The notes below the pieces were generated by a model that did not search any database, had not been told where the DNA came from, and was given only the letters and a program-made list of their open reading frames with translations. From NCBI RefSeq assembly GCF_009914755.1, contig NC_060929.1: DNA of 64,000 bases; one strand, 5' to 3'. The translations under genes and the position numbers were made by a program. This document shows positions 60,346-64,000 of the stretch, piece by piece (the first letter of the stretch is position 1; each line of letters opens with the position of its first letter). This DNA is from the human T2T-CHM13v2.0 reference genome, Homo sapiens.

Positions 60346-61033
60346 CCTTTCTTTTATAACATTGTATTTTTATACAATAGATAAAAATACAACTAGAAAA
60401 CTGAATGTGAGAATACTGTCTTCAGATGAAGATATAGAATTAAATTGGAAATGACAAACACAAACTTAGAAATAATTTTATTTACCAATATTTCAACTTT
60501 AAAACAATAGGATATTGTGCTCATTCGCTGAGTCAAAAGGTTTGTGCATTTTAAATGAGTTAGGCTGTGTTAATGTTACAGAATATTATTAAGCAAGTGC
60601 TTCCGTTGATAAATTATAGTTATTTACTAAGCTTATATTTGAAAAGCTACATGGGGGATAAAAAGTAAAAATAATTTTTACCACCTTCTCAATTACACAC
60701 TTTTTCCTGTTGATATAGTTATGTAGATGGTTTGGTAGGTCAGTAGGTAGGTATGTAGATCATGGAAGAAAATACATGCTATTATATGTTTTAACCCATA
60801 AAAATATCAATTTAAAAACATATGTGCATTTTCCTTTTAAATCCCTGAAATTAGGATTCATTTCACAATGAATGGCTTACCAGGGTTGTCAGAATTTAAT
60901 TCAAAGTTTTTAAAATCTTAGATTGAATGAACTATAGTGGTATACTTAAATTTCAAGGGAAATAAAGTATATTTCATTGTGCAAGTGGCAACTATCTCTT
61001 TGCTGCTATTGATTATGAAGTTGCCTTAATTTT

Positions 61034-61568
61034 TGTGGTAGGCAGAATAATGGTCCTCAAGAGTGTATTTGCCCTAATCCCTGGAATTTATGAATATGTT
61101 AGGTTACAAAGCAACAAAGAATTAAGGTAGTGGATGGAATTAAGGCTGCCAATCAACTGACCTTGAAATAGGGAGATTATCCTGTATTATCATGGTAGGC
61201 CCAGTGTTGTCACAAGAGTTCTTAAAAGTGGGAGAGTGAGGCAGAAAAGTTCTGAGTCAGAGAGAGACATGATTACTAAAGAAAGACAGAGATACAATAT
61301 GAAAAGAATTCAACTCATTATGGATGGTTTGAAGAATGAGGGGGTTACTAGTGAAGAAATGTGAGCAGCTTCTAGAACATGCAAAAACAAGGAAATAGAA
61401 TCTTCCCTAGAGCCGACATAAGTGAACACAAACAGCCTTTTCAACACTTGATTTTAGCCAGTGAGGTCTGTGTCAAACTTCTAACCTAGAAAACTGCAAG
61501 AAAATAAATTTGGATACCTTAAGCCACTGAATTTGCAATATTACAAGCAGCCATGGAAAACCAGAACA
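61034..61568 (+). mobile_element. MLT1D/E-like solo LTR
   Basis: tgtggtaggcagaataatgg...gaccttgaaatagggagattatcctg...gcagccatggaaaaccagaaca. Confidence 0.85.
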
Positions 61569-61887
61569 CTTTCTAAGTTAATGTTGCCTCCATCATTTAG
61601 AGAAAGAATAAAGAAACGTGGTGATTTCAAATCTTTAAACTGTGGTATCAACAATTCTGTTTCTATGGTTAGTTTTGAGAACTGGTAAAGAGCTCGAGAT
61701 TAGATAAAAAGTAGTAATTGGTACCATGATATATAAATATATATATAAGGAGTAACAAACTCAGGTTCTGTTAACAAACATGATTAATTATAGTTAACTA
61801 TTTCTAGCTGAGAGATTAGCCAAAAAGAAGCCTATCTCTTCTTTTAACAATTAAATAAATTGAATCAATTCTTTAAAAGCTACCCAT

Positions 61888-62205
61888 GGCCAAGCACAGT
61901 GGCTCCTGCCTGTAATCCCAGCTCTTTGGGAGGCTGAGGCAGGCAGATTGCTTCAGGCCAGGAGTTCGAAACAAGCCTGGACAACATGGTGAATCTCTAT
62001 CCCTACTAAAAATACAAACAAATTAGCTGGGCATGGTGACACGCACCTGTAATCCCAGCTACTTGGGAGGCTGAGGCAGGATGATCGCTTGAACCCAAAG
62101 GCAGAGGTTGCAGTGAGCCGAGATGGTGGCACTGCACTCCAGCCTTGGCAACAGAGTGAGGCCCTGTCTCACAAAAACTTATAATAAAATAAAAATAAAA
62201 TAAAA
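61888..62205 (+). mobile_element. Older Alu (AluSz/AluJ-like)
   Basis: Dimeric Alu with (TAAAA)n tail, inserted in an old L1. Confidence 0.92.
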
Positions 62206-64000
62206 TCTACCTACAAAAATACTAGGCTCTGATGATTTTTGTAGTTGATTTCTATGTTCCAAAGATGGATTATTTCAATGTTATACAAACTATTTTAGAA
62301 AATAGAAAATGGAGGGATTAAAACTGTATAAATGTCTTACTAAATCCTAAGAGGACAGAGTAAAATAGAAAAATGATAAGCCCTTCTTTATTAGGAAAGA
62401 AATTAAGAAAGTCAAAACCAAATATTAGCAGATATTATCTTACAATGCTTTTTTTTTTTAAATAACCAAGTACGGTTATTTTATTGCAGGTTTATTCCAG
62501 AAATGCAAGAGTAGTTTAACATTAGAACATTTTAAAATGTAACTATATATTCCAATTAAAGATAAAAACCATATGATCATCTTGTTTGGATAAAGAAAAT
62601 GCCTTTCATACGATTCAAAACACATTCATGATAAAAACTCTTGGCAAAGTAGGGAAAAGTAGGAACTTTATTAACCAGTAGAAGTCACTTACAAAACAAC
62701 TTGTAAATATCTTTCCTTTTAAACAGTGGAGCATTAAAAGCATTCCTTTCAGAATCAGAAACAAGGAAACAATTCTGCTACCACCACTTCTATTCGACAA
62801 TGCACTGAAAATTTTAGGCATTACAATAAACTAGATAATTGTATTATCTACATAAAGAAAAAACAGATTATAGAATTAAATTATGAGAAATAGTAGGAGA
62901 GTTTAATTGGTGGTTAGATATCAAATCAATATGCAATAACCAATTGCATTTTATTTTGGTAATAGGCAGTAAGAAATTAAAACTTGTTTATTTTATGTAA
63001 AATATGAAATATATTGAAATATATCTAATGACAAATATGTAAGACATATGGACAATATTATAGACTATATTACAATTCATTAAAGAAGACCTTGATGAAG
63101 AGATACACTCTACTCATGGTCTGAAAGACTAAGTATGATACAAATGTTCATTTCCCTCAAACTGATCTATTAATACAATGCATTCCATTAAAATTCTAAC
63201 GAGAGTTTTGAAGGAACTAGATAGGATGATTCTAGATGTATAGAGGAACATAGGTCTGAAAATTGCCAAGGTACTGTTGAAGAAAGAATATGGGAAGGAA
63301 GGAAACCTGCGCTATCAGATACCAAGATATAGTACACAGTAAATATGAAAATGCAGTTGCCCGTATTTGGAAATTGATGTATACTGCAGATCACTGGGTA
63401 AGGCATAGTTCAATACATTATGTTAAGTTGGTTATTCACATGAAAAAAATTTGAGATTAATTCATATGGTTTAAATTTGCAAAAACAGGAGTCTATTTTT
63501 GATGTAGAGACAGATTTCTTAGAGAGTACACAGAAATGTTAATCATAAAGAAGCTATATTAATATTTAAAATGTATGCATATTAAAAGACATAGTAATGA
63601 AAGTGAACAAAAGCAAGCTTCTGTCAGGGAGAGGATACCATATTTCATGGATTTTAAAGTATCTTCAATTTTCATTGATTTCAAGACATACCATTACTTT
63701 ATGTATCACTAAATAAATAAGACAATGACTAATTTTAATTCTCAGATATTATTGAAGACATTACAATGTGAAATGAGGTGAATCTTAGAATTATTGATGT
63801 ATATTAATAGTATTTCCAATACATGTAACCAACAAAGTATTAGAACCCAGAGTATAAAAACAACTTTTCTAAATCAGTAAGTAAGAAACAAACAAGGAAG
63901 TAGACATGCCAAATAGGGCAAAAGACTCCAAAGACCATTTTTGGAAGATAATACATCAAGGGTGAATTAAAAAAAAATAAAATGGTAAGATGCCCAACTT
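62206..64000 (+). mobile_element. Ancient sense L1M ORF2 relic running off the window (starts about 61760)
   Basis: aaaaaccatatgatcatc...aaagcattcctttcagaatcagaaacaagg...ccaccacttctattcgacaatgcactgaaaattttagg. Confidence 0.75.
63638..63803 (-). mobile_element. MER104-like short DNA transposon inside the L1 relic
   Basis: Terminus ccatatttcatggattttaa; internal accattactttatgtatcactaa; other end atcttagaattattgatgtata. Confidence 0.5.

Overview
AT-rich, repeat-dense primate (very probably human) genomic DNA lying inside the ADAMTS19 gene on the + strand. Five internal coding exons (13715-13880, 30926-31098, 32390-32473, 33162-33319, 56436-56479) have canonical AG/GT ends and compatible phases. 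They splice into one frame encoding the end of the prodomain (RQKR and RGKR basic sites, HYCG cysteine-switch-like motif) and the N-terminal part of the metalloprotease domain; the zinc-binding HExxH motif lies beyond the window. The rest is intronic: L1s of many ages (a ~6 kb antisense L1MA-type copy, several L1PA 3' fragments, old L1M relics), six Alu dimers and one monomer, MIR/L2 relics, MaLR solo LTRs, MER DNA transposons, microsatellites and a palindromic minisatellite. Nearly all ORFs in the track are L1, Alu or simple-repeat artefacts. I see no evidence for a new gene or a new biological system. The most interesting signals are insertion and repair scars. These are a 5'-inverted L1 with two 3' ends of different subfamily type inside one TSD pair, a fold-back hairpin at an L1 5' junction, a possible Alu 3' transduction, a templated 33-bp insertion, and a 100-bp perfect palindrome in a VNTR. 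Repeat subfamily names come from recall of consensus sequences and need RepeatMasker confirmation.
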